64,000 nt of DNA from an uncultured delta proteobacterium (GTDB lineage Bacteria > Myxococcota_A > Polyangia > Polyangiales > Houyiibacteriaceae), in NCBI GenBank assembly GCA_963699755.1, contig CAVOVB010000005.1, positions 1 to 64,000 of the forward strand, written 5' to 3'. A program made the translations under genes and the position numbers. Below the pieces are notes generated by a model that made no database searches, was not told where the DNA came from, and worked only from the letters and a program-made list of their open reading frames with translations. Shown here one piece after another: positions 1 through 9,203 of the stretch (positions are counted from its first letter, which is position 1; every line of letters begins with the position of its first letter).

Positions 1-2
1 GA

Positions 3-1493
3 GCTTCGCGCTGCTACGTCCACAGACATTCGCAAGACCCGTGTTCGCAACTGCGACGCCCCGGCAATCGAACGGCGAAATCGCCCTCCCCTGCAGCGCG
101 AAGCTCGCTGGGGAGAGCCGAGTGTGCCAGACCCGGAGCCATGCCGCAGCCCCTGCGAAGCCGTCGTCGCTACGACCATCGGATCCGAGAGATCGTCTGC
201 CGGACAGGTAACCCACGGATCTTTCAGCACCTTCGCATCTCCGCGTTCCACGACCGCCAGTTGGCTGTCACGCGGACGCCTGAGCGTGGTGTGCCTCGAT
301 TGGACCCACGACATAGCGTCGGTACTGGACGAAAACGAAAAGCTGAAGCGCCGCACCGAACGGCAGACCGCCATCATCTGGCTACTGGTGGTGTTGCTCA
401 AGCTCTCCGGCTTTCGCCTCGATGAGCAGCGGCTGCCCGACGGAGCGGCCAAGGCCAAGATTCTGCGTGCAGTCGATCGCTGCAAAGAGGTCCTTTCCCT
501 GAAGACCACGCTACGCCTGGTGCGCCTCTCGCCAGCTCGCTATCACGCTTGGAGCTGAGCCGACAAACGCTGCGAGCTCGATGACCGGTCGAGCTGCCCA
601 CGCTCTCATCCAACGCAACTCACGCCCGCCGAGGTGAGCGCCATCAAGGAGATGGTCACCGCGACCGAGTATCGTCACATGCCGCTTCGAACTCTGTCGC
701 TCTGCGCGCAAAGAGCCGGCCAGGTCTTTGCGTCGGCGACAACCTGGGCCAAGCTCGTCCGGCAGCGGGGTTGGCGGCGACCACGTCGCCGTGTGTACCC
801 TGAAAAGCCCAAGACGGGCATCCGGGCAACGCATGCCAACGAGTACTGGCATATCGACGTCACCGTGATCCGACTCGTCGATGACACGAAGGCGTACCTC
901 CACGCCGTCATCGACAACTTCTCGCGCCGGATCTTGTCGTGGCGCCTTGCGAAACGGCTCGCGCCCGCAACGACGTGTGAGATCCTGAAGGAGGCGGGCA
1001 AGAATCTCGACCAGAGGCCAACCGTCATCGCCGACTCCGGCGTCGAAAACGTGAACACCGGAGTCGACCAACTGATGGCCGACGGCATCGTCCGCCGTGT
1101 GCTTGCCCAGGTGGAGGTCAGCTTCAGCAATTCCATGATCGAGGCATTCTGGCGTTCTCTACGTCACCAGTGGCTCTACCTGCATTCACTCGAGACCTTC
1201 GGGCAGCTCGAACAGCTCATCGATTTCTACGTCCGGGAGCACAACACCCAAATGCCCCATCGACGCTTTCGATGGACAAACGCCCGACGAGGTCTACTTT
1301 GACCACGCCGATCGTGTCCACGATCGCCTCAGGATTGCTCGGCGTCAGGCTCGCCGCGCGAGGATGGAGGCAAACCGAGACGAATCCTGTCGCGCTTGCG
1401 CACCATCCGCTCACCAATTTGTCAGTGTTCTCAATGCCGTCGCAAATGCGCCGCCGTAACTCCAGAATGTTCTCGGACGCAGCAGCGCGGAGC
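3..1493 (+). mobile_element. Degraded insertion sequence with DDE/rve (integrase core) transposase, bounded by imperfect 29-bp inverted repeats
   Basis: Reverse complement of 3-31 (GAATGTCTGTGGACGTAGCAGCGCGAAGC) matches 1465-1493 (GAATGTTCTCGGACGCAGCAGCGCGGAGC) at 23/29; the repeats enclose the transposase pseudogene. The left end could extend beyond the window. Confidence 0.7.
141..1459 (+). pseudogene. Transposase (integrase core domain) pseudogene
   Basis: rve motifs WHIDVT, VIDNFSR, ADSG, NSMIEAFW. Broken by a frameshift near 240, an in-frame TGA at 556-558, and a frameshift near 1260 (continues AFDGQTPDEVYF to TAA at 1457-1459). Confidence 0.85.
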
Positions 1494-1625
1494 ACAGATC
1501 GATACGCGCACCTGAGCAGCGGCGCGCAGCTCCGACTCGTGGAGTCCCTGGAGCCTCAAGCGCCCCCACACCAGGATCGGCACGTCCCCCTGACGTCCCC
1601 CGGTTCACACGGCGGCAAGCGATGA
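1491..1625 (+). pseudogene. C-terminal remnant of a tyrosine recombinase/phage integrase
   Basis: STDRYAHL catalytic-Tyr box followed by a short tail and stop; converges on the tRNA 3' end; starts at the IS right repeat. Confidence 0.65.
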
Positions 1626-1676
1626 GTCACGCAAGCCGCGGCAATCACAAACCAAACGCGCGATCGAACGCCTAGG

Positions 1677-1757
1677 TGCCGGGGGCGGGATTCGAACCCG
1701 CACGTGTTTCCACGAGCGATTTTAAGTCGCCTGCGTCTGCCATTCCGCCACCCCGGC
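1677..1757 (-). tRNA. tRNA-Leu (anticodon UAA)
   Basis: GCCGGGGTGGCGGAATGGCAGACGCAGGCGACTTAAAATCGC...GGTTCGAATCCCGCCCCCGGCA: cloverleaf with long variable arm and TAA anticodon; CCA not fully encoded (CCT follows). Confidence 0.95.
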
Positions 1758-1777
1758 GATACCGGGAGAGCATCGCG

Positions 1778-2185
1778 CTAATGAATGAGCTCGTCCACTC
1801 GGCGGGGCATTTGTGGGCCCGGGCGCTCGGGGCCGGTGTCCACGATCCGGTTCTTACTGTCGACAAGCACAACCTTGGGTTTGTGCGCTCGTGCTTCTTC
1901 GTCGCTCATCTCGCCGAAGCTCGCGATGATCGCCAGGTCGCCCGGGGCCATGTGATGCGCGGCGGCGCCATTGACGCAAATCACACCGGAGCCTCGGGGC
2001 CCCTCGAGCGCGTAGGTCGCTAAGCGTGTGCCCTGTGTGACGTTCCAGATTTGGACTTCTTCGTGCTGGAGGATGCCGGCAGCATCGAGCAGGTTTGCAT
2101 CGATCGTGACGCTGCCTTCGTAGTCCAAGTCAGCGTGGGTGATCGTAGCTCGGTGAATCTTTCCGAGGAACATTCGTCGGCGCAT
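1778..2185 (-). CDS. panD: Aspartate 1-decarboxylase
   Basis: [21 protein letters not shown] (G-S cleavage site), RLATY, NGAAAH. Confidence 0.95.
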   Translation of the reverse strand: MRRRMFLGKIHRATITHADLDYEGSVTIDANLLDAAGILQHEEVQIWNVTQGTRLATYALEGPRGSGVICVNGAAAHHMAPGDLAIIASFGEMSDEEARAHKPKVVLVDSKNRIVDTGPERPGPQMPRRVDELIH

Positions 2186-2308
2186 GTTTTGAACCTCCGT
2201 AGCGTCCCGAAATGGGTACGCTCAGATGCTCCCAGAAGTTAACCCCTGAGCGCGCAGGCTGCAAGCAATCGCATCATTCGCGATCCCCGGGGCCAAAACT
2301 CAACAATT

Positions 2309-2650
2309 TCAGGCCGAAGAAGGTGCCGCGATGAACTCGAGACCAAGCAAATAGCCGTCTGGGCGCGCCTGGGACCAGACAACCCTCGCGTGCTCGACCG
2401 TCGCATGGTCGGGCGCAGTCCGAACGCGGAGCGTGCAGACGTGGTCGAGGGGCACCCCCATATCCACGGCGACCCGGAGGCCGCCGACGCTGGCGTTGAT
2501 CGCAAGGCCCACACCCCGCGCTGGGGTCAAGAGCTCGATCTCGGCGTCGAGTGCCCAGCGGCGGAACTGCCGACGCGCACCACGATGCACGGCGATGTCA
2601 GCGCCGCCCTTCGGCAAAATCGAAGAGAGCCTTTCGGAAACGGGTGTCAC
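2309..2650 (-). CDS. PilZ domain protein
   Basis: RxxxR (RRQFRR), NASVGG, ARVVW...GLEF. Confidence 0.75.
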   Translation of the reverse strand: MTPVSERLSSILPKGGADIAVHRGARRQFRRWALDAEIELLTPARGVGLAINASVGGLRVAVDMGVPLDHVCTLRVRTAPDHATVEHARVVWSQARPDGYLLGLEFIAAPSSA

Positions 2651-2755
2651 AGCAGAGCGGAATGTACCGAAGCCGGTGATCGGTGGCTAGCGTTTTCGTC
2701 GCGCGTTCTTCGAAAAAACGATCTCGCAGCTACCCTTCAGGCGGAGACCTGCCGG

Positions 2756-3661
2756 TCAGTTGTTCGGTGACACACCAAAGCAGACCGAACGCAATTGTTC
2801 GATCCTGTGACTGAGACCTTCGATCGCGCCAGCCATGCGCGTCCCGTACCAGAAGAGATCCTTGCCATCGACGAGCTCGACCCGCAGCGGCGGTGACGCA
2901 TTCAGCTCTGCGAAGGCTGCAACGTCGTCGGTGCCGAACGCGTATGGCTCGTCGGGCAGCAAGACTGCGCGAGTCCCTCGCTCCACCAGCTCTTCCAATC
3001 GAATCCCGGGGTATCGCGTGTCCCGTTCGTCCACCTCCGCCTCGCTCCGAGGCCCCATTTTTCCAAGGTCTGCGGCCAAGGGATATCGGCGCGGTCGGCT
3101 GGCAAACACATTGTGCGCTCCGCAGAGCGCGAGGATGTCGCTGGCATAGGTGCGCCCGTCGAACGTCATCCAAGGGTCTTTCCAAATGGGAACGAACACC
3201 GGGACCGCCTCAGCCTGCGAGACGCGATGTGCACGCAGAACAGCTCTGCAACAAGCGTTCACCGACTCGCTGTGTTCGGGATCGACCCCGAGCAAGATTG
3301 CGAGGGACTGGAGATAGGCAAGCGATTCGTCGACCGTGCAAGGAAAGCTGACGTGCACCGTCAAGCCAGCGGCAATCAGTGCTTGAACCAGAGGCCTGCT
3401 ATTCTCTTCCTTGTTCGCAAGCACAAGGTCCGGTTGGAGCGCCATGACCGCACCCACGTCGAAGCGCTTGGTTCCTCCCACCGATGGAATCGTTTCGACC
3501 AAGTTCACCGGCTCGACACAATAGTCCGTCCGGCCGACCAGCCGTTCGACGCCGAGCAGATCGGCAACCGACGCCGTCTCGCTGGGGACCAGCGAAACCA
3601 CGCGCTCTGGAGGCTGTGCAAGACGCACTGGCCGATCAATTGCATCCACGACTTCGTTCAT
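2756..3661 (-). CDS. Helical-backbone metal receptor (BtuF/TroA-like substrate-binding protein)
   Basis: PPERVVSLVPSET, VGRTDYC, VGGTK, PDLVLANKEEN, EPYAF. Confidence 0.85.
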   Translation of the reverse strand: MNEVVDAIDRPVRLAQPPERVVSLVPSETASVADLLGVERLVGRTDYCVEPVNLVETIPSVGGTKRFDVGAVMALQPDLVLANKEENSRPLVQALIAAGLTVHVSFPCTVDESLAYLQSLAILLGVDPEHSESVNACCRAVLRAHRVSQAEAVPVFVPIWKDPWMTFDGRTYASDILALCGAHNVFASRPRRYPLAADLGKMGPRSEAEVDERDTRYPGIRLEELVERGTRAVLLPDEPYAFGTDDVAAFAELNASPPLRVELVDGKDLFWYGTRMAGAIEGLSHRIEQLRSVCFGVSPNN

Positions 3662-3799
3662 GGGAACCTTGCATCGTCCAAATCAGGCGCTTGGTCGAGT
3701 AGTAGCACCAAGACGCGGCTGATTTGCGCGGCCGGTGTTGAGGGTGGTACGTTCCTCGACCCGAAACGCTTGTTTGGCGCTCGTGGTGGGGAGGAAAAG

Positions 3800-4222
3800 C
3801 TGACAATTCAGGAGATTCAGCAGGCGCTTGCCGACGCCGGAGTGGAGATCTACCGGGCCGAGGACCGGGAGCTTCAAATTGCGGAGCGCGTTCGCCTTCA
3901 CATCATGGATTCCGGAGTCCGGGTGGTGCTCAATGGCGGGCTGGTGGTGCAATTCACCGCGCGCACCCAGCGCTCCGATGCGCCGTCCGCTCAGTCGGCG
4001 GAGCTCTTTCGCAGAGTGCGCGAGGAAATCGGCGCGCAGGCGGGTAGCCGCGGCTACGAAGAGTCCGGCGCGGAGATCGTCGAGGTGAAAGACCCCGTCG
4101 ACCAAGCACGGGTCCTCGACGTCTGGCACGAAGTCACCTATCGCAAGCCGCTCGCAGGGATCGACGACGCTGTCGCCGAAGTTCGTTGGGCGCTCGATCT
4201 CGAAAAATACATACAACCCTGA
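3800..4222 (+). CDS. Hypothetical protein (start uncertain: CTG 3800 or TTG 3770)
   Basis: Protein-like composition from LTIQEIQQALAD onward; GGAGG at 3790-3794; the upstream part of the ORF lies antisense to the metal receptor gene. Confidence 0.65.
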   Translation: MTIQEIQQALADAGVEIYRAEDRELQIAERVRLHIMDSGVRVVLNGGLVVQFTARTQRSDAPSAQSAELFRRVREEIGAQAGSRGYEESGAEIVEVKDPVDQARVLDVWHEVTYRKPLAGIDDAVAEVRWALDLEKYIQP

Positions 4223-4226
4223 GCGC

Positions 4227-5261
4227 TCAACTCGTCAGCAGGTGGTTTTGGGCTATGTCCGACCAGGCGCCCTCGGGCTCCAGGGCTAGGTATTGTTGCC
4301 AGTGCGGCTTCGCTGCTGCCTGCTCGCCGCGCTCCTCGAGCGCCATCGCGAGATTGAAGTGCGCGTCGGCAAACGATGGGTCGCTCCTCAGCGCGTCGCG
4401 AAATAGGTCGACGGCCTCATCCACTTCGTCTCGCTCGAAGCACAGAAAGCCCAGATTGTAGAGAGCTTCGGGCTGTTCTGGGTCGGTCTCGAGCGCCTGC
4501 CGGTAGTACCGCTCGGCGGCTTCGAGCTGCTGGCGACGGTATTCGAGGTTCCCGAGATTGGTGAGCGCGTTGGAGAGCGTTGGATCGAGCGAGAGGGCCT
4601 TCTTATATTCCTGCTCTGCCTCGTCGAAGGTGTTCTCATCCTCGTCGAGGCGGCAGCCTTCGAGGTAGTGCTCGTACGCTCGAGCACGGTCATCATCGTC
4701 GAAATGAAGCAGCCGAACCACGTCCGATGCCAGGCCTTCGATGCGAAAGTCGAGCACGGCTTGGCCGCTCGTCGGCTCATAGGCGCCGGTCTCGTCTTGC
4801 ACGAGAACCGTTTGTCCGTCCGCCAAGACGCGAAGCTCGGACAGCGGTCTCGTGGTCTTTGGAAAGGCCTCGCGCAGGGACTGCACCGAACGCCGCACCC
4901 GACGGAGCGGCACCCCCTGCTCGAGGAGCCCCTTGGCTGCCCGTATCCCGACCAGGTCCTGAAAGCTGTAGTAATTCCGGCCGGCCACCCGCACCGAGGG
5001 ACCGAGCACTCCGGAGCGATGCCAGTATCGAAGCTGCGATGGCTTGTAACCGAAAAGCCGAGCCACCTCTGCCACGGTGTAGAGCCCCTCGCACGGATCG
5101 CTTCTCGGAGGCGCCGGCTGGGACGGCGCCGGCTCCAGGTTCGTAGCCCGGGTTAGCTTGCCGTCCGTCCCGAAACCAACGCGAATGATGTTGTCCCGAT
5201 CGCTGCCTTCGTTCAACTTCCTCTCCCCCGCGGAGAATAGGCGGACCTTGGCCCGGTGCAA
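4227..5261 (-). CDS. MerR-type HTH plus tetratricopeptide-repeat protein
   Basis: YTVAEVARLFG...QLRYW...YSFQDL HTH; TPR repeats (ALTNLG, ALYNLG, AHFNLA). Start uncertain. Confidence 0.85.
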   Translation of the reverse strand: MHRAKVRLFSAGERKLNEGSDRDNIIRVGFGTDGKLTRATNLEPAPSQPAPPRSDPCEGLYTVAEVARLFGYKPSQLRYWHRSGVLGPSVRVAGRNYYSFQDLVGIRAAKGLLEQGVPLRRVRRSVQSLREAFPKTTRPLSELRVLADGQTVLVQDETGAYEPTSGQAVLDFRIEGLASDVVRLLHFDDDDRARAYEHYLEGCRLDEDENTFDEAEQEYKKALSLDPTLSNALTNLGNLEYRRQQLEAAERYYRQALETDPEQPEALYNLGFLCFERDEVDEAVDLFRDALRSDPSFADAHFNLAMALEERGEQAAAKPHWQQYLALEPEGAWSDIAQNHLLTS

Positions 5262-5310
5262 GCCTGGGCGGGCGCCGACCGGACCCCAAGGACGGTGCTA
5301 GGGTTCTGCC

Positions 5311-5982
5311 ATGGCGCATCCTCCGGAATCGAGCCCGATCGCGTTTCTCTCGGACGTGCACGGCAATCTCACGGCTCTAGAGGCGGTCCTGGCGGAGCTC
5401 GATCGGCTCGGTGTCAAGCGCATCTACGTCGCTGGCGACCTGCTATTGGGTGGCGACGAGCCGCTCGAAGTCTGGCATCGCCTCCAGGCCTTGGGCGCGA
5501 TCTGCACACGTGGTCCGTCGGACATGGCGCTCGGCTCGATCGATCCGAGCAGCCTCGTCCCCATCGACAACGAGCAGCGCAAGCAGGCGCGACTCTTTTC
5601 AGATACGAGAGCGGCCATCGGAGACTTGGTAGCGGAGCGGCTTCGCCGCCTGCCTGAGCAACAGCGGATCCCTCTGATCGACGGCCGTGAAGTTCTCATG
5701 GTGCACGGCTCCCCGGCAGATGGCAGTCGCGAGATCAGCCACGACCTGACGGACGACGAAATCCTCGCGTTGCTCGATGACGACCCCGCAGACATCATCA
5801 TCTGCGGCGCCACTCACGTCCCGTTTCAGCGCTCCGTCGAGGAGTATCACATCGTGAATGTCGGATCGGTCGGCGCTGCTCCCGAGGGCCAGGTCGCCCA
5901 CTACACGGTTCTCACCCCGCGCATGAGCAGCGCGGACATCCTCCAGGACTGGGTCAGCTACGCGGAACCCGATGCTTCCTAG
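5311..5982 (+). CDS. Metallophosphoesterase (calcineurin-like, YfcE type)
   Basis: SDVHGN, GDL, VHGSP, THVP, NVGSVG; canonical GNH(D) and GHTH motifs are degenerate (GPSD, GATH). Confidence 0.8.
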   Translation: MAHPPESSPIAFLSDVHGNLTALEAVLAELDRLGVKRIYVAGDLLLGGDEPLEVWHRLQALGAICTRGPSDMALGSIDPSSLVPIDNEQRKQARLFSDTRAAIGDLVAERLRRLPEQQRIPLIDGREVLMVHGSPADGSREISHDLTDDEILALLDDDPADIIICGATHVPFQRSVEEYHIVNVGSVGAAPEGQVAHYTVLTPRMSSADILQDWVSYAEPDAS

Positions 5983-7325
5983 CCGGCCACCACTTTGGGC
6001 TCGTCCGGCTCCTCGTTGCTCGCCCGAACCATCTCGACATGCCGAACGCACCGCTCGTCCGCGTCGAGGATCACGAAGCGATACGGCCCCGCAACGACCG
6101 TATCCCCGAGCGCCGGAACCTGACCGAGGAGATGAGCCAACATGCCGCCGAGCGAATCGAAATCGCTTTTTTCCTCGCAAATGGACTCTCCGAGCTGCTC
6201 CTCCAGGTCGTACAGCGAGATGCTCGCGTCGACGAAATAGTGGCCGGGGGCACGCTCGTGGACCAGGGGCGCCTCTTCGTCGTGCTCATCCTGAATCTCG
6301 CCGACGATTTCTTCGACGATATCTTCCAGGGTGACGATGCCGGCGGCGCCACCAAACTCGTCGACCACCACGGCAAGATGCGAACGCCGCCGCTGCATCT
6401 CTCGAAGCAGCACGCCGATCTTCTGGCTCTCCGCAGCAAAGAAAACGGGCTTTCGAAGAACGTCCTCCAAGATGACGTCGGTCGTACTGGAGCTTCGGTG
6501 TAGCAGCTGGAAGAGGTCTTTCGCATAGAGGATGCCTTCGACGTGATCGATTTGCCCGCGGTAGACCGGATAGCGGCTGTGGCCTGACTCGACGATGCTC
6601 GCGAGCACCTCATCGATGCTGGTGTCGATCTCGAAACCGACGACTTGCGTCCGTGGGACCATGATCTCTCGTGCGACCGTGTTCTTGAACTCCAGCACGC
6701 TTCGCAGCATCTGCGCGTGCTCCTCGGCGATCGTGCCGGTTTCTGCACCTTGCTCGATGACGTGCTCGACGGTCAGCTCGGCAAGGCGACCCGCATCGTG
6801 CGGATGTACGGTGGGTACGACCTTCTGCACGAGATCTTCGATCCAGTTGAGGGGCGCCGCCAGGGGTGTGAGCAGGAGGTCGACCGGGCGCAGCCATTTC
6901 CAGATTCGCAACGTAGCCTGTCCCGAGCGCTGGCGAACGACTGCGCCGGCAACCGTTGCCGCGAGCGCGTAGGCCACCGCCACGGCGACCACCCCGAGGA
7001 CTGCGCTCCATACTCCGCTGGACTCGAAAAGGGAATGGGCCGCGAGAGCCGCACTCAGGGTCACGCACAGCACCCGGCCCAACAGGAGGCGCGAGTGCAC
7101 GGCCTTGAGGTCGTGAAGGACACGCTTGGAGACTTTGCTGTCGTACCCGTTGGCCTCCAGTAGCGCCCGGAGCCCCGCTTCGCCGAGCATGTGTAAGCCT
7201 GCACTAACGGCTGCAAGCAGCGCCCCTAGACCCACGCCGCCAGCAATCGCGGCGGCAGACTGTATACTTGGAACGTCCAAGACCTTGTGAGCTTTTAGGT
7301 TACAGAGGAGTGCAATGGGCGGCAA
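5979..7325 (-). CDS. Hemolysin/CorC-family (CNNM-CBS-CorC) membrane protein
   Basis: N-terminal TM segments, AREIMVPR, HSRYPVY, VVDEFGGAAGIVTLEDIVEEIVGEIQDE. Start may be 7280. Confidence 0.9.
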   Translation of the reverse strand: MPPIALLCNLKAHKVLDVPSIQSAAAIAGGVGLGALLAAVSAGLHMLGEAGLRALLEANGYDSKVSKRVLHDLKAVHSRLLLGRVLCVTLSAALAAHSLFESSGVWSAVLGVVAVAVAYALAATVAGAVVRQRSGQATLRIWKWLRPVDLLLTPLAAPLNWIEDLVQKVVPTVHPHDAGRLAELTVEHVIEQGAETGTIAEEHAQMLRSVLEFKNTVAREIMVPRTQVVGFEIDTSIDEVLASIVESGHSRYPVYRGQIDHVEGILYAKDLFQLLHRSSSTTDVILEDVLRKPVFFAAESQKIGVLLREMQRRRSHLAVVVDEFGGAAGIVTLEDIVEEIVGEIQDEHDEEAPLVHERAPGHYFVDASISLYDLEEQLGESICEEKSDFDSLGGMLAHLLGQVPALGDTVVAGPYRFVILDADERCVRHVEMVRASNEEPDEPKVVAG

Positions 7326-7334
7326 TACCCGGGG

Positions 7335-8549
7335 TCAACCACCGCGGCGCTGGTCCCGAAGAGCCCGAATTCGCAAGCGAAGTGCGTTCAGGCGAATGAA
7401 CCCAGTGGCGTCTTGTTGTTCATAGACCTCATCCGCCTCGAAGGTCGCGAAATCGGAGTCGTAGAGACTGTTGGGGCTCCGGCGCCCCACCACATGGGCG
7501 CTCCCCTTGTATAGCTTGATGCGCGCCTCCCCTGTCACGTCCTTTTGAGCGTCGTCGATGAGAGCCTGGAGCATCTCTCGTTCCGGCGCGTACCAGAAAC
7601 CCCGATAGACAAGCGAAGCATACTCCGGAATCAGACCGTCGCGAATCCGCAACGCCTCCCGGTCGACGGTAATCGATTCGACCGCCCGGTGCGCCTTGTG
7701 GAGAATCGTGCCCCCAGGTGTCTCGTACACTCCCCGCGACTTCATGCCGACGAAGCGGTTCTCTACGATGTCGACGCGACCAACGCCATGCATCGAGCCG
7801 AGCTCGTTCAGGCGCGCGATCAGGGAAGCGGGGGACAGGCGCTCGCCGTTGACGCTGACGGGGTCACCCTTCTCGTACCCTACGATCAGATACTCGGGGG
7901 TGTCTGGCGCGTCCTCGGGGTCGGTCGTCCAGCGGAACATGTCCTTGAGTGGCTCGTTCCAGGTGTCCTCGAGCACGCCGCCCTCGTAGCTGATGTGAAA
8001 CAAGTTTGCGTCCATCGAGTACGGCTTCTCGGCGGTGACCTCTATTGGGATCTTCCGGTCCTTGCAGTACTCGATGCAGTCGCTCCGGGATTTCAAGGAC
8101 CAGGTCCTCCAGGGTGCGATGACCTCGATCCGCGGGTCGATGGCCATTGCGGTGAGCTCGAATCGAACCTGATCGTTGCCCTTGCCGGTTGCCCCATGCG
8201 CAATCGCGGTGGCTCCTTCCTGACGGGCCACGTCCATCATCGCCTTGGCTATGATAGGCCGAGCAATCGAGGTCCCGAGCAGATAGTCGCCCTCATAGAC
8301 GGCGTTGGCTCGAAGCATGGGAAAGCAGAAGTCACGCGCAAACTCTTCTTTTAGGTCCACGATGATGCACTTGGACGCGCCCGTCGCTTTGGCCTTCTCA
8401 TCGAGCCCTCCGAGCTCTTCGCCTTGGCCCACATCCGCGCAGAACGCGATCACCTCGGCATCGTAGGTCTCTTTGAGCCAGGTCAGAATGACCGATGTGT
8501 CCAGGCCGCCGCTGTAGGCAAGCACGATCTTCTTGGGGGAGCCAACCAT
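7335..8549 (-). CDS. argG: Argininosuccinate synthase
   Basis: [42 protein letters not shown]. Confidence 0.97.
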   Translation of the reverse strand: MVGSPKKIVLAYSGGLDTSVILTWLKETYDAEVIAFCADVGQGEELGGLDEKAKATGASKCIIVDLKEEFARDFCFPMLRANAVYEGDYLLGTSIARPIIAKAMMDVARQEGATAIAHGATGKGNDQVRFELTAMAIDPRIEVIAPWRTWSLKSRSDCIEYCKDRKIPIEVTAEKPYSMDANLFHISYEGGVLEDTWNEPLKDMFRWTTDPEDAPDTPEYLIVGYEKGDPVSVNGERLSPASLIARLNELGSMHGVGRVDIVENRFVGMKSRGVYETPGGTILHKAHRAVESITVDREALRIRDGLIPEYASLVYRGFWYAPEREMLQALIDDAQKDVTGEARIKLYKGSAHVVGRRSPNSLYDSDFATFEADEVYEQQDATGFIRLNALRLRIRALRDQRRGG

Positions 8550-8597
8550 GGGGCCCGATGGTAGTGGTCCGCGCACCCAGTGCAAGCGCTCGCCGCG

Positions 8598-9200
8598 CTA
8601 GGCAACTCGGATGATAGCCTTGGCGTCCAGAAGCTCGGTAAAGACGCGAAGGGCCTCTAGCCGGCTCATCTGGCAAATATCGAGCACCTCCGCGACCGTC
8701 GTCTGGCCGTCTACCAGAGACAGGAGAAATGCGGCCTGGGGATCCAAGCCGAGCCACTTCACCTTGGCCGGCGCCACCGCGAGATTGAAGACGTAGTCGA
8801 GGGACCCGATTCGAGTGATGTACCGAGTCTCGAGGCGGGCCCGGCTGTTGACCGCATATTGGCGGGCGCTCTCGTCTTCCGGGTTGAGGCCGAGCTGAAG
8901 CTCTGCGGCGCTCAACGACCTCGCGTAGTCCCCAAGCGCGAAGCAGTCAGCGATCTCGGCATGGATGAGATCGGGGTTCAGCTCGTCGGTTCGCCCGGCG
9001 GCCCGATCGTCGGGCGGCCGGATGGTCGGCGGCAAGGTGCGTCGATCGCGATCGAGGACCCAGGCGTCTGCAGAAATCCGACGGGTTGGCCGCTCGTGAA
9101 TATCAAGCTCGGCCGGCGCCACGGTGAGGTCAATCGTGCCATTCTCGCCGAGCACGCTCGGGAAGGAGGATTCTCCGGAGCCGGATTTACCCGAAGCCAT
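8598..9200 (-). CDS. Hypothetical protein with C-terminal winged-helix-like (DUF4388-type) motif
   Basis: LDPQAAFLLSLVDGQTTVAEVLD...ALRVFTELL; starts 3 nt after the dnaK stop. Confidence 0.7.
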   Translation of the reverse strand: MASGKSGSGESSFPSVLGENGTIDLTVAPAELDIHERPTRRISADAWVLDRDRRTLPPTIRPPDDRAAGRTDELNPDLIHAEIADCFALGDYARSLSAAELQLGLNPEDESARQYAVNSRARLETRYITRIGSLDYVFNLAVAPAKVKWLGLDPQAAFLLSLVDGQTTVAEVLDICQMSRLEALRVFTELLDAKAIIRVA

Positions 9201-9203
9201 CGA

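Noticed and set aside
556..558. Programmed readthrough or frameshifting in the first transposase
   Set aside because: Three separate lesions and no slippery A-run; decay is simpler.
1677..1757. bldA-like TTA-codon regulation by tRNA-Leu(UAA)
   Set aside because: TTA codons occur in unrelated genes (cls, nhaA, carF, folE); no pattern supportable by eye.
3662..3799. Cobalamin riboswitch upstream of the BtuF-like gene
   Set aside because: Short divergent intergenic region with no B12-box consensus.
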